In this document: piece by piece, positions 1 to 12,832 of the stretch
Layout of the letters: the number at the start of each line of letters is the position of its first letter
How positions within the stretch are numbered: position 1 is the first letter of the stretch
The notes under the pieces: model-generated
Database searches by the model: none
Told to the model about the DNA's origin: nothing
What the model saw: the letters and a program-made list of their open reading frames with translations, nothing else
Made by a program: the position numbers and the translations under genes
NCBI GenBank assembly: GCA_964016885.1
Contig: OZ024747.1
Span: 38,378,001-38,442,000, forward strand
Origin: Eledone cirrhosa
Lineage: Eukaryota
Direction: 5' to 3'
DNA length: 64,000 bases

Positions 1-40
<40 letters not shown>

Positions 41-1539
41 AATATATAGATACACAGATATACATACACATATACACATATATATGTATACATATATATA
101 TACATATACAGAGAGAGAGATTTTGAGTATATGTTGGTTGTATACCAACACCTCAGTATGCAGGCTGGAGCACACGACGAAGTGCGCAGGTTGGTTTGGT
201 TACTCCAGCGTAATGTAAAATAAAGTTAAATAAAAAGTCAAATGTTTAAAATTTAGTTTCGTTTATTACTGCTATATATATTTCAGTGACATCCATCTTT
301 GGCTGTGACCTCTTCAGGCAGTTTGAATTAGTGTGGTATAGACAAGTACATATGTTGTTGAGGTCTATAATTTTGTCAATACTCTGATATGCCCAGTTCC
401 TGGTTGGGTTGTTATTCCACTGAGGAACTGGAATCATATGAATTCAAACATACGAATTTCAGTGTCAAAAGGCCTTTTCTCCTCTCATTGGTCAGTTATT
501 AGAACATTCCTCATTCTAAGTCTTGTTATTGTTGGAGTTAGCTTAAAAAATTGATCAAGTGGTAGAAGGGACAAGGTGTTAAAGGAACAAAATAACAAGA
601 AAAGTGTCAAACTTCCCATTGGTCAGTTCTGAGAGCATTCCTCAGTCAGAAGTCTATACAATTCTTTCTGGGGTGAGGGTCCCTGTAGTGTTTTGTGTTT
701 GCTATTGTTAAGTACATTTGACCACTACCATTATTTTGGTAGTGTTGTTGGTGTTGTGGTCAGCTTATGTCTTGCTGCTGCTGACAATTTAGAAGTATCC
801 AGTGTCTGTTTTTTCTTCATCCCTCCTGCCACTATCTCTCATAGTGGTGGTGGTGGTGGTGGGGGTGGGGGTTCTTCCATGTATATGAAGAAATATAAGG
901 CAATAAATGAAGAAAACAGAAAATAAATAATATAATAAAATAATTAATATAATTTGTATAATTTGAAAATAAATAAATAGAGAATAAAGAATAAAGAATA
1001 AATGAAAAATTGGTGAAAAAGTAATGAAAATGAATATGGAAAGTGAAAAATAATGTAGGATAAAGTGTGTGTGTGCTATAACCAATCTCAAGGTCAGAAA
1101 TATGTTGGATAGATTGTTATGAGGTACAAGATGTTAAAATAAGACAATCAAACAAAATGTGTTTGTGTTATAATCAATCTCAACTTAAAAATAAATATAA
1201 GGTGATACATTGAAGAGGGCAGAAAACTAATAACACATTAATAAAGAGAAATCAAGATTTAAAATTGGAACTTGAAAATCAGAAATCAAGTAAATTAAAA
1301 AGTGTTTGTGTTATATAGATGTTGGCCAAATTATAATGGCTGTGTCCGATTCAATCTCTAGGCTATCATGGTGTCTGCTCAGCCTGGGTTGTTCCCTGTA
1401 GCTTGAGGGGAGTTCGCAACGTAGGGTGTTGTTACTGCCCATATAGCTTGAGGGAGGTATGGCCGAGAGTTGTTTACATGTTCTGTAGAAGTCCCTATAG
1501 CTTGAGGGGAGTTCACACACATCTTCTTGTCACACACAT

Positions 1540-1895
1540 CTACTGTCCATATATCTTGAGGAAGGTCCCGGCTCTAAGGTGTCTGCATGTCCCGAAGAAG
1601 TCGGTTCTGAGGTGTATCAGGCCGCTTCCACCTCTTAGTATCTCGAGGGTCTCGTTCAGCCATAGTTTGCATATGCAAGATCCCCCTTTATCGGGTGGTA
1701 CGTTCCTGATTATGTACCAGGCCAGAGAGTGCGGGGTCCTGTCCAGCTTAAGCTTCCAGATCAGGTGGGAGAGAGCCGTGCTTTTCCTTTTGGCCTCCTT
1801 ATTGAATGAATGGCGATGGTTGTACCAGCGGTCTTTAAAGGTCGTTGATGTGGCTCCTATGTAGAGGTGTTCGGAGTTTGGGGTTTTAACCCTAC
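1540..1895 (-). mobile_element. Penelope-like element, GIY-YIG endonuclease C-terminal part (remnant)
   Basis: Translation CRVKTPNSEHLYIGATSTTFKDRWYNHRHSFN...STALSHLIWKLK...CKLWLNE...RTDFFGTCRH fits the PLE GIY-YIG domain (YIG, R..H, C..C..E, CRH). Short direct repeats follow at about 1393-1570. Confidence 0.85.
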
Positions 1896-2082
1896 AACCC
1901 AGAGCCCACCCAAGAAACCCAAACAGACCCGGGTACCCCCTACCGAGCCTGGGGGAACACCAGCATGTAACACATAACGGGCACCCTAATCTAGGCATGC
2001 AGAGGCCGACCACCCTCTGCAACTGGAGAAACCCCGAAACATGCCCCCTTGGTAATGAATGCCTCAAGAAGAACCTAGTATA
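1896..2082 (+). mobile_element. Inverted 5' segment of the same Penelope element (Cys-rich linker up to NLVY)
   Basis: The plus strand reads LCNWRNPETCPLGNECLKKNLVY, the motif that normally precedes the YIG segment encoded on the opposite strand at 1540-1895. Confidence 0.75.
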
Positions 2083-2084
2083 CA

Positions 2085-2632
2085 TATATTTATACAGACG
2101 TACAGTAGTATGTATATATATATACATGCACACATATATATATGTACGTATGGATTCACCGAACATTTATTACAATGTTCGGTGTGTTTGTAAACAAACA
2201 TCCCGTATTAAGCCGTAGTGTCTAGCAACCATCGTTGCTCGTTTGTTCAACACTGACAAACGAACACTGTACTAGTTTCAAGCCTATTAGCTATCATCAG
2301 CAATGTATACCTTCCTGCCAGATTGTTGAACGTATATACTTACCTCATGCATATTAACGGCTGAGTAGCCCAATTTGCATATTGAGTGGGTTAATCGGCC
2401 GGGTGCACCGAAAACGATAAACGGAAAAAATGAAACGAATTTTCATTCCCACTCTTAGTACGGCTGTTACTTAAATATAAGTATGTACACGTACATACAT
2501 ATATGTATACAGACGTACAGTAGTATGTATATATACATACATGCACACATATATATATGTACGTATGGATTCACCGAACATTTATTATAATGCTCGGTGT
2601 GTTTGTAAACAAACATCCCGTATTAAGCCGTA
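2085..2632 (-). mobile_element. ORF-less HHR-bearing pLTR-like element, family B; partial tandem with period about 415 bp
   Basis: 2091-2217 recurs at 2506-2632. Homologous copies lie at 5880-6820. Confidence 0.7.
2265..2305 (-). ncRNA. Type I hammerhead ribozyme (family B)
   Basis: Minus strand CATTG-CTGATGA-TAGCTAATAGGCTT-GAAA-CTAG-TA-CAGTG: 5-bp stem I, intact core, palindromic stem III ACTAGT, GUA cleavage triplet. Confidence 0.8.
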
Positions 2633-2637
2633 AAAAT

Positions 2638-3118
2638 ATATACCAACCAATTTGAAAAAAAAAAAATTCTGTTAATGTTCGTTTAAATCGAAGCGCTACC
2701 TCCACCATGGATGTGACCTAATGACCGAAACCGGGGAATACAATAATAATAAATTAACATATTACAAATATATGACCACACATATGCATAGATACACACA
2801 AACGTGCACATATTTTTCAATACATTTACAAACATACACAACCATATATATATTATATATATATTTTATTATATATTATATATTATATATATTTTATATA
2901 TATATATATATGGTTGTGTATGTTTGTAAATGTATTGAAAAATATGTGCACGCTTGTGTGTATCTATGCATATGTGTGGTCATATATTTGTAATATGTTA
3001 ATTTATTATTATTATATTCCCCGCTTTCGGTCATTAGGTCACATCCATGGTGGAGGTAGCGGTTCGATTTAATCGAACATTAACAGACTTTTTTTTTTTT
3101 GCGAATTGGTTGGTATAT
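2638..3118. repeat. Long inverted repeat (about 210-bp arms) around an AT-rich loop
   Basis: 2638-2850 is the reverse complement of about 2905-3118 with few mismatches. Confidence 0.9.
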
Positions 3119-3161
3119 ATTTTGTTGCCCGGACCAAACGCAAACACACTTACATGTGTAA

Positions 3162-3198
<37 letters not shown>

Positions 3199-3301
3199 TA
3201 TATATATATACATATATACATATGATTATCTACAACTTTAGTAATGGTTCTGAGTAGAAGTTTTCGTTGTCGTGTATATGTTAATATATTATAATTGCAA
3301 T

Positions 3302-3401
<100 letters not shown>

Positions 3402-3413
3402 ACACACACACAG

Positions 3414-3479
<66 letters not shown>

Positions 3480-3483
<4 letters not shown>

Positions 3484-3792
3484 CAAGGTTTTTGATATAA
3501 AATCGTGCGTTGAAACAAATATTGTTATATTTGGAGAGGGTCATATTGTTATAATATTCCCAGAAATAATACTAAAACACACCACAGTTTGGTTTGGATC
3601 GGTTTTCGCATCTGTATTTTTTTATATCTCCATAGTTAATTTATCAGGCAATTAATGTTTATCATTGATTGACCAACAGTTAAAAATACCGATATATATA
3701 TATATAGTCTATCAAAGTTCTTTCCTCACACATATGTGACATCATCAGTGGTGCTATTATGTTTCCCCCAGTTGTATTGTAATATCTACGCC
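3480..3792. mobile_element. Family C ORF-less element with internal inversion and a degenerate HHR (minus, about 3710-3756)
   Basis: 3480-3630 matches 10230-10380 directly. 3630-3792 matches 10380-10530 in reverse. The minus strand reads CACCA-CTGATGA-TGTCACATATGTGTGAG-GAAA. Confidence 0.7.
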
Positions 3793-3941
3793 ATTTTTAT
3801 TTAATTTATTTTTTATTCTTGTCTCTGTCTCTGTTTGTGCATGTGTTTGTGTATGTGTCTTCTATTTAGTGTGTGTATTCGTATTTGTATTCTACCTTTG
3901 TTTACTAGTGTGGGTTTATGTGTGTTTGTTTTTATTACACT

Positions 3942-3980
<39 letters not shown>

Positions 3981-4004
3981 GAAAGGATTACAAACTAACA
4001 AATG

Positions 4005-4535
4005 TACATATGTGTGTATGTACAAATGCATGTGTATGGTGAAAATGTGTGCGTAAGTACATATATGAGGGCAAGTATATTTGTGTATATGTGACCACAA
4101 ATACATATATAATATGAGTTGAAAAAGAAATTGTAAGATAATATAGTTAACACGCATCCAGATACAGGTATTAAATACACATACGAGTATGAAAGCACGC
4201 GTATAAACACACACACACGCGAGGTCACTTATATGCGGAAGATAAAGAGGGAAGGGAGTGTAATAGTAAAAAAATAGTGTCATTCTAGATATATGTATAA
4301 AAGTGAAACAATATATGAGAATGAAAAAAATGTTTTAAATCAAAGAGAAAGCAAGAGGGAGAGGTTATCAATTAACACTAGAAAAAAGATAACAAACATA
4401 GGTACCCACGTACACACACATATATATTTGTGATCACACGTATTTGTGGTCACATATTCAAAAATATACTTGCCCTCATATATGTACTTACGCACACCTT
4501 TTCACCATACACATGCATTTGTACATACACACATA
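4005..4535. repeat. Inverted repeat, arms about 4005-4103 and 4440-4535
   Basis: Direct reverse-complement match of about 100 bp. Confidence 0.85.
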
Positions 4536-4700
4536 TTGACATTTGTGAGTGTATATACATACATAACACATACCCTAACTATATTTCCTTATTTTTTTAT
4601 ATATCTCTTGCATTATTTTTATTTAGATATTTTTTTGCCCGTTAAACTCTTGCCTTTCTTGAGGAGATTTTTCAAATATTTCACTATGTTTTAAATTGCC

Positions 4701-4772
4701 TTGTCTGATGAACGAATGAGGACGTTTTTCGTATTCGTCTTATTCGGGAAACCTCTGGTAATGAGGTAATTA
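4701..4772 (+). ncRNA. Hammerhead-like motif (weak stem I)
   Basis: CTGATGA-A-CGAATGAGGACG...CGTCTTATTCG-G-GAAA-CCTC-TGGTAAT-GAGG-TA. Stems II and III pair well; stem I is poor. Confidence 0.6.
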
Positions 4773-4784
4773 TATTGTATTGTT

Positions 4785-4822
<38 letters not shown>

Positions 4823-5278
4823 ATAAAAATATTTATATTTATATATGTTTGATATAACTATAAATATGTAGGGTAGTACTAAGTACTAGCCGGTTACCTG
4901 TATGACAAGAGGCTCAATGCAAATTTTCAAGTGTTTTACAGAGCCGAGATACAAAATGTTAAAGCGATCAAATTTTAGTTTAGAACATTTATTAGCTGAC
5001 AATTGTTTCTTCCAGAGGGAAGTCTGGTTTCATCGGAGCATAAGGAATGTAGAGACTTGTAACTAAAATCCTAGTCATTTAGAACATTTAGGGTACATAA
5101 TTGTTATTAGTGGCAAAGGCATCATGTGGAGTCAGGAGTTAAAAAGATGTTCTACTTGCAAGAACACAATTACAGGCAACACTGGTTGGAAGTGTAATAG
5201 GTATAAGTAAAAACACAAGCAAAACATATATATATATACATGTATGTATGCATATAAACATGCATGTATTTATGTTTG

Positions 5279-5340
<62 letters not shown>

Positions 5341-5399
5341 CAAACATACATACATGCATGTTTATATGCATACATACATGTATATATATATATATGCAT

Positions 5400-5881
5400 G
5401 TAAATATAGTGTATTTTGCAATACACTGTATGCTTAATTAAAAGCATTTCGAAGACCTTATGCTATTGGTTTATGGTAGTGACAGACTCACTTACTTTAA
5501 TTTCAGCAAACAGGGGGAGATAAAACTGACGAGGCCTTGTTTCGCATTTATTTATGCTTATCAAAGCCAACTACGTCTCCTGATTGCTAAAATCATGGAT
5601 GTTTGTTTCTTATAGAATTCTAGTAAATAATCAGGAACTGATTATACAGAGCGGTTGCCGGTCAAGCAGAAATTGAAAATTAGAATTGGTGCTCTGAAAT
5701 AGCTATATATATATATGAATGTATATATAGTGTATTTTGCAATACACTGTATGCTTAATTAAAAGCATTTCGAATAACTTATGCTATTGTTTTAGAGTAG
5801 TGGCAGACTCGCTTACTTTAATTTCAGCAATAAGCCTCAATAAATGCGAAACAAGGCCTTGTTTGCTGAAATTAAAGTAAG
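5400..5881 (-). mobile_element. Family A ORF-less HHR element: partial tandem (period about 320 bp) plus a short inverted piece
   Basis: 5409-5508 recurs at 5730-5830, and an inverted fragment lies at 5838-5881. Homologous to 58445-59205. Confidence 0.75.
5524..5568 (-). ncRNA. Type I hammerhead ribozyme, U3-A8 variant (family A)
   Basis: GGCT-TTGATAA-GCAT-AAATAA-ATGC-GAAA-CAAGGCCTCG-TC-AGTT. Confidence 0.75.
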
Positions 5882-6281
5882 TGGGTTTACCGAACATTTA
5901 TTATAATGCTCGGTTTGTTTGTAAATATATAGCCCGAATTAAGCCGTACAGTGTTCGGCAACCATCGCTGCCCTTTTGTTCAACACTGACAAAGGAACGA
6001 TGAACTAGTTTCTAGCTTATTAGCTGTTATCAGCACCGTATACCTTTCTGTCAGTCAATTGAACGTTTGAAAGTATATACGTTCCTTATGCATATTAACG
6101 GCTGAGCAGCCTAATTTGCATATCGAGTGAGGTAGTCGGCCGGGCGTACCGAAAATGATAAATGGAAAAAATGAAATTTTATTTCTCACTCTTAGTACGG
6201 CTGATACTTATATATAATTATGTATACGTACATACATATATGTATACAGACGGACAGTAGTATGTATACATATACATACAT

Positions 6282-6370
<89 letters not shown>

Positions 6371-6822
6371 TGTACGTATGGGTTTACCGAACATTTATTA
6401 TAATGCTCGGTTTGTTTGTAAACAAACAGCCCGAATTAAGCCGTACAGTGTTCGGCAACCACCGTTGCCCTTTTGCTATATTAGCTCAAACGTTCAATTG
6501 ACTGATAGGAAGGTATACGGTGCCGAGCCGATGACAGCTAATAGGCTAGAGACTAGTTCATCGTTCCTTTGTCAGTGTTGAACAAAAAGGCAACGATGGT
6601 TGCCGAACACTGTACGGCTTAATGCAGGCTGTTTGTTTACAAACAAACCGAGCATTATAATAAATGTGCGGTAAACCCATACGTACATATATATATGTGT
6701 GTGCATGTATGTATATACATACTACTGTACGTCTGTATACATATATGTATGTGCGTATAAATACTTATATTTAAGTATCAGCCGCTCTAAAAGTGAGAAA
6801 TGAAATTTCATTTTTTCCATTT
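5880..6822. mobile_element. Family B element: tandem plus fold-back copies with two decayed HHRs (about 5997-6037 minus, about 6517-6565 plus)
   Basis: 5882-5975 recurs at 6379-6475. 6485-6822 is the reverse complement of family B sequence. The cores are CTGATAA and CCGATGA...GAGA. Confidence 0.75.
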
Positions 6823-6989
6823 ATATATATATATATATATATAAATTATGTCCTTAGAATCATTTGATAAGATATATACTCAATTTCCTCTCCCAATTAA
6901 CATAATCAACCACACATAAACCACACATAAACCAATTAAACCAGGCTATACGATTAAAAGGCACCTGTGATATATATAAGCATTCTGGA

Positions 6990-8274
6990 ATTGTGGGCAT
7001 GATGTCTACATCCGATATCGAACCTCTGGCAGCATATTTAACATCAGACGCTTTGCTGCAAATACAAAAGTATTTACATCAATCATAAGAGACCTCTTGT
7101 ATGCAGATGATTGCGATCTTGTAGTTCACACAGAGAGTGATATGCAGCATATTCTTAATGCATTTTCTGATGCTTGCACTGCCCCAAGATTGACTGTCAG
7201 TCTCAAGAAAACCATCGTCATGTACCAACCTGCCCCTGGTAATCAGTACAGTGAACCAAATATCTATGTGTATGGTAAACGATTTGGAGTGGTTGATCAG
7301 TTTGTCTACCTGGGAAGCACTGTCAATCAATACAGCAACCTTGATAATGAAATTCCTCTCAGGATTAGGAAAGCAAGTGATGCTTTCGGAAAGCTAGAAA
7401 GGCGACTCTGGGGTTGGCGAGACATGGAAGAAGACAAAGGTAAAGGTGTACAAGGCATGTGTGCTCTCTTCTCTTATTTATGCCTGCAAGACCTGGGTCA
7501 CATATCGACACCACCTTAAACAATTGGAGCATTTCCATCAGATGTCTCTCAGACTGATCCATGGCAGTCACTAGAGGGACCACATCAGTGATGTCGAGAT
7601 TTTGGAAAGCTCTATGTGTGACAGTATAGAAGCTCTTGTGCTTAAGCAAAGACTCCGTTGGATTGGTCACCTTGCCAGGATAAAGGATTCTAGAAAACCA
7701 AAACAATTCTTTTATGGAGATTTAGTTAAAGGAAAACGAACTCCACATAAACCAAAAAAGAAGTATAAGGATTCCTTGAAAGCCTCTTTGAAAGACGCTA
7801 TACTCTGCTGATACATGGGAAAATGTTACTGCTGATCGTAATAAATGGAGAAAGACTGTATATGAGGGAAAAGTTTCCTTTGAGGCATCTCTAATCGCAT
7901 ACGAGAAAATAAACAGGGATGTGAGGAAGGGCATTACTGTTGCACTTCCAGACGGCGAGGGTCCTCCTATGACGCTGAAATGCAGCGTCTGTGCGAGACT
8001 CTGCCTCTGAAAAGCTGGACTCGAAAGTAATTTTCACAGTCATAAAGTGAGACCATTGGTTGACTACCAGGCTGCTGTTGGAGATGCTACTCATCATGCC
8101 TGCCAAGCATGTGGTAGAGAATGTCAATCAGCAGGAGGGCTCAAATGACATGCAAAAGTACAACCACAGCTAGCTATTCCCAGTGAATGTATTGGTTGCC
8201 GACTCTGTGGAAGATATTTTAGATCATTGGCTAGGCTAAAAATCCACATTCGATCGCAGCACTGTTAATTGTTA

Positions 8275-8325
<51 letters not shown>

Positions 8326-8464
8326 CATAGATATGTATATATGTGTGTGTGTGTGTGTTTATATATTATTATTATTGTTGTTATTATTATTATTGTTGTT
8401 ATTATTATTATTTTCTATTTATTTATTTTTTCGTGCAATGGCCATACTCGATAACGAGGGGGCA

Positions 8465-8470
<6 letters not shown>
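6990..8470 (+). mobile_element. RTE-clade LINE, 5'-truncated and degenerate (RT C-terminal half, zinc fingers, 3' tail)
   Basis: FNIRRFAANTKV..IRDLLYADDCDLV, GLTVSLKKT-like, FVYLGS and QRLRWIGHLARIKDSRKPKQFFYG motifs, with frameshifts and stops. The 3' end runs into (TA)n at about 8470. Confidence 0.9.
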
Positions 8471-8508
<38 letters not shown>

Positions 8509-8604
8509 AATAGGATTTCGCTTCAAGCATAGCTTTATACAATGGCAATTTCTGTCCGGATATCTGTCTACTGTGTATAACCAGTTGGCGCCTACACTAG
8601 TAAT

Positions 8605-8668
8605 CCGATTCTGATGATACTTTACACATATGTTAAGCTAATATTCAGAAACAGGACTGGTTAATTGG
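8605..8668 (+). ncRNA. Degenerate hammerhead motif
   Basis: CCGATT-CTGATGA...GAAA-CAGGACTGG-TT-AATTGG: 6-bp stem I and AATAAA just downstream; stem II is decayed. Confidence 0.5.
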
Positions 8669-9705
8669 GTTTTAATAAAAATCAATAATGAAATCCCCGG
8701 GGACATCTTTACAATGCAGGAGGAAAGAGAAGACGTTTCAGTGATAGAGGGGGAAGAGAATATACTACTACTGTATGTTAAACTCTCTCTCCCACTATTC
8801 CCCTTCCTCCTTCCACAACTCAGTCCTCCCAAATGAGGCAAAAACGTAATAGAAATATACATAAAGACATTTCAAACAAAGGCCTGATATGGATTCTGAA
8901 CACGTGCACACGCTTAGGTAACATTAAGGTCAACTGCAGGAATCGGTGATAAGTTACAAAAATGTGTGATGATCAATAACCTGGAAGCTGGTTTAGCATG
9001 AGATTAGTCCGAAGAATAAAACCCAAATCGTATGTTGACGAATGTTCGTACTTCCGCCATGTTAATTGTAACATGCCATCTTTGAGAGTAGAGATTATTT
9101 TGTCAATATTTCGAGGTGTCGGATCGTGGGAAGATTAACACGAATTAAGATGTAACTTCTCACCCATAATGACACTTTGCAACAGTGAACGTTACAAGAC
9201 CCTCTTTAAGGCCAACACTCCTGATTGATTATCCGACATATTATAGTGTGTTTTCTCGGGTTATGTCTATTATAGGGAGCCAACAGGATGATTTTATTGA
9301 ATTGTTTCCGTCATTCGAAGAGTTTTACACACGGTGATATATAGGGTGCTTGAACAGTACCTGAATATGTTCACTCGGTTATAATTTCTTCAATAATTCT
9401 GTGTTTGATTGTGAGTGCTAAGTCAGTAAGTTTGCTATTCTTATACATACGTTTGTTGAATAAGTTCAATACTCTTCGAACTCAAACTTCCTCGACTTAT
9501 TCACTCTGAATGAAGAACGGTGGACGGAAGAAGGACTTATGATAGCTATTGAGAGTTTCACACAAAAAATTGACCTACCATAAACAAAATTAGCAAAGGT
9601 TGCTATTGTAAATCCGTATCGGCACTCAGGGTCGTTCGCATTTTCAGGCGCACTCTGGGAACTGCGAATAGTCCTACCTTTCCCGGGTATTACTGGGTAC
9701 TGCAG

Positions 9706-9744
<39 letters not shown>

Positions 9745-9959
9745 GATAACAAGTTATCGTTATAGGTAATCCAGTTAGAGGAGTACCCTGCGTCGTGGAT
9801 AGTTTAACGTACCGCATTGTTTAACTCAACAAGATGTCTCCATAGTTAGGCAACGAGTTCGGGGTAATTCCTATATAGGTTATACTTCTATTATTGATGT
9901 TATTGTTTTGATTATACGCTATTTCTCTTTATATATCTTCCCTTGTGTGAATTATTTTT

Positions 9960-10078
9960 GTATTCTGAGGAGTTGCTCAGAGGTAAATAATGTAATGGAG
10001 ATCGAATGACGCAGCTTCGAGCGATTAGCGGATTAGCGACCTCTAGACTCACCTGATCAATGAAACAATTGTTAATAC
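9960..10078 (+). ncRNA. Type I hammerhead ribozyme with extended stem II (family D)
   Basis: GTATT-CTGAGGA-GTTGCTCAG...CTGATCAAT-GAAA-CAATTG-TT-AATAC followed by AATAAA. The downstream sequence matches 42978-43055. Confidence 0.75.
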
Positions 10079-10128
10079 CTGAAATAAAGCCCCTTGTTGT
10101 ACGGCCAACCATGTTATTCTTCATTCTG

Positions 10129-10729
<601 letters not shown>

Positions 10730-11063
10730 AATATATATATATATATCTACTGAGTACTTTACTCGACTGAACTTCGAAATGTTCATTTACTTCAGTATAT
10801 TCATGAATATAATTTATTTAGTCTGCTCTCTTCCACCGAACATTGCCTTGGAAATGTTACCTTTTAATCAATACTTTGCTGTCTGAAGAAATCACGAAAT
10901 TTAACGTCATTGAAATATGTATAACGGCTCAATTAATAAAGGACCCTAATATCTTCAACTTCGCATTTTCCTCTTTATCAATGGACTTTGCCATCCTTGT
11001 TTTAGCAATTAATAGGACGTTGGGTGCTAGAAGTGGAGTGCATCCTTATATCGTGTATACCGA

Positions 11064-11159
<96 letters not shown>

Positions 11160-11178
11160 GCATATATATATATATATA

Positions 11179-12058
11179 TATGAGAGACGTAAAATAAGAA
11201 AATTATAAAATTAACTTACTTACTAAAATTTCACTCCCAACTAATTAGTTTCTGAAATGGAATAAATATACTTTCCGAAGAAAATATAAAGAATCATTTC
11301 GTCGTCAGGGAAGTCTATTCTCAGCTAAGTATCCAGGCAAAGCGTGGACTCTGGAAACTTATACAAAAATAATTCAGTGGATAGAAAATAGCAAAGCGTG
11401 AACTTAATTCCTAGCCATTGAAAAAATCACTGCCTACTGCGTCGGTGGCAAATTCAAAAAGAATCAATCACGTGACATCGAGGTCAATCAGTGGAAAGTG
11501 GTTTGTTAAGAAGACAGCGGCCTGCCTGCTACCATAGCAGCAGTCCTTGCCAATATTGCTCGACAAATAATTTGGAGATAATTATAAAGAATTAATATAT
11601 CTAGTAACATATATATACATACAGATGCATATCAATGCTAGCAAATATATAGGTTTTGTCTTAGTACCTTTGTGGTTCAATGCATGGGGTTGCAGAACAA
11701 TAATATGAGAGACGTAAAATAAGAAAATTATAAAATTAACTTACTTACTAAAATTTCACTCCCAACTAATTAGTTTCTGAAATGGAATAAATATACTTTC
11801 CGAAGAAAATATAAAGAATCATTTCGTCGTCAGGGAAGTCTATTCTCAGCTAAGTATCCAGGCAAAGCGTGGACACTGGAAACTTATACAAAAATAATTC
11901 AGTGGATAGAAAATAGCAAAGCGTGGACTGAATTCCTAGCCATTGAAAAAAATCACTGCCTACTGCGTCGGTGGCAAATTCAAAAAGAATCAATCACGTG
12001 ACATCGAGCTCAATCAGTGGAAAATGGTTTGTTAAGAAGACAGCGGCCTGCCTGCTTC
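11179..12058 (-). mobile_element. ORF-less pLTR-like partial tandem (525-bp period, about 1.7 copies) with two HHRs at 11234-11313 and 11759-11838
   Basis: Near-identical direct repeat flanked by (TA)n. The minus strand reads CTTCC-CTGACGA-C-GAAATG...CATTTC-A-GAAA-CTAATTAG-TT-GGGAG. Confidence 0.85.
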
Positions 12059-12601
12059 CACATATATATATATATGTATATATATAGGGCAGGAGATCTA
12101 TGAATAAAACCGAGCAAGATGGTGGGATAACATTCATAAACTCGGCAGCTTTCGCTCCGGTGTCAGGCCAGATACATTAGAGACTCACTGGACGGCGTAC
12201 TAGAGTTCTCGACCCACACAACCTCCCAGGAATAAGTGGGCTAAGAAGAAGAAGAAAATATGTAACCTATGCGATTTTGATTAAGCGTACTACGCGTTAT
12301 TAGGACAATTGACCTTTCTTTGGTAATGACATATTCTCTATTCTTAACCTCAAACTAAATGTGAGTAAGGCTGTTTGTATGAAGGCTGGCCCCTTAAATT
12401 ATAAATTCTATCCTGACGAAGACAATCCTCATTTACTATTCCCTCCCAAAGGTTCGTTCACTCTGAATCTCATGTAAAACCAATTGATGTTTATGGCAAA
12501 CCATGTTTAGTGAATACCTTAACAATTCTATCATGGATGCGTCCATTAATCAAACCAGTGGCATATTCACACAAACTGGCTCATTTACGAAACCAAACAC
12601 G

Positions 12602-12735
<134 letters not shown>

Positions 12736-12832
12736 TGTATACATATATATATATGCATATATATATATAATCTATTGTAAAACTCATTCTTGGATTTATT
12801 CATTGAACCTTGTTTAACCTATATATATATAT

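Noticed and set aside
250-322. HHR-like CTGAAGA...GAAA on the minus strand (also CTGACGA at about 12413)
   Set aside because: The stems do not pair convincingly, so these are at most heavily decayed.
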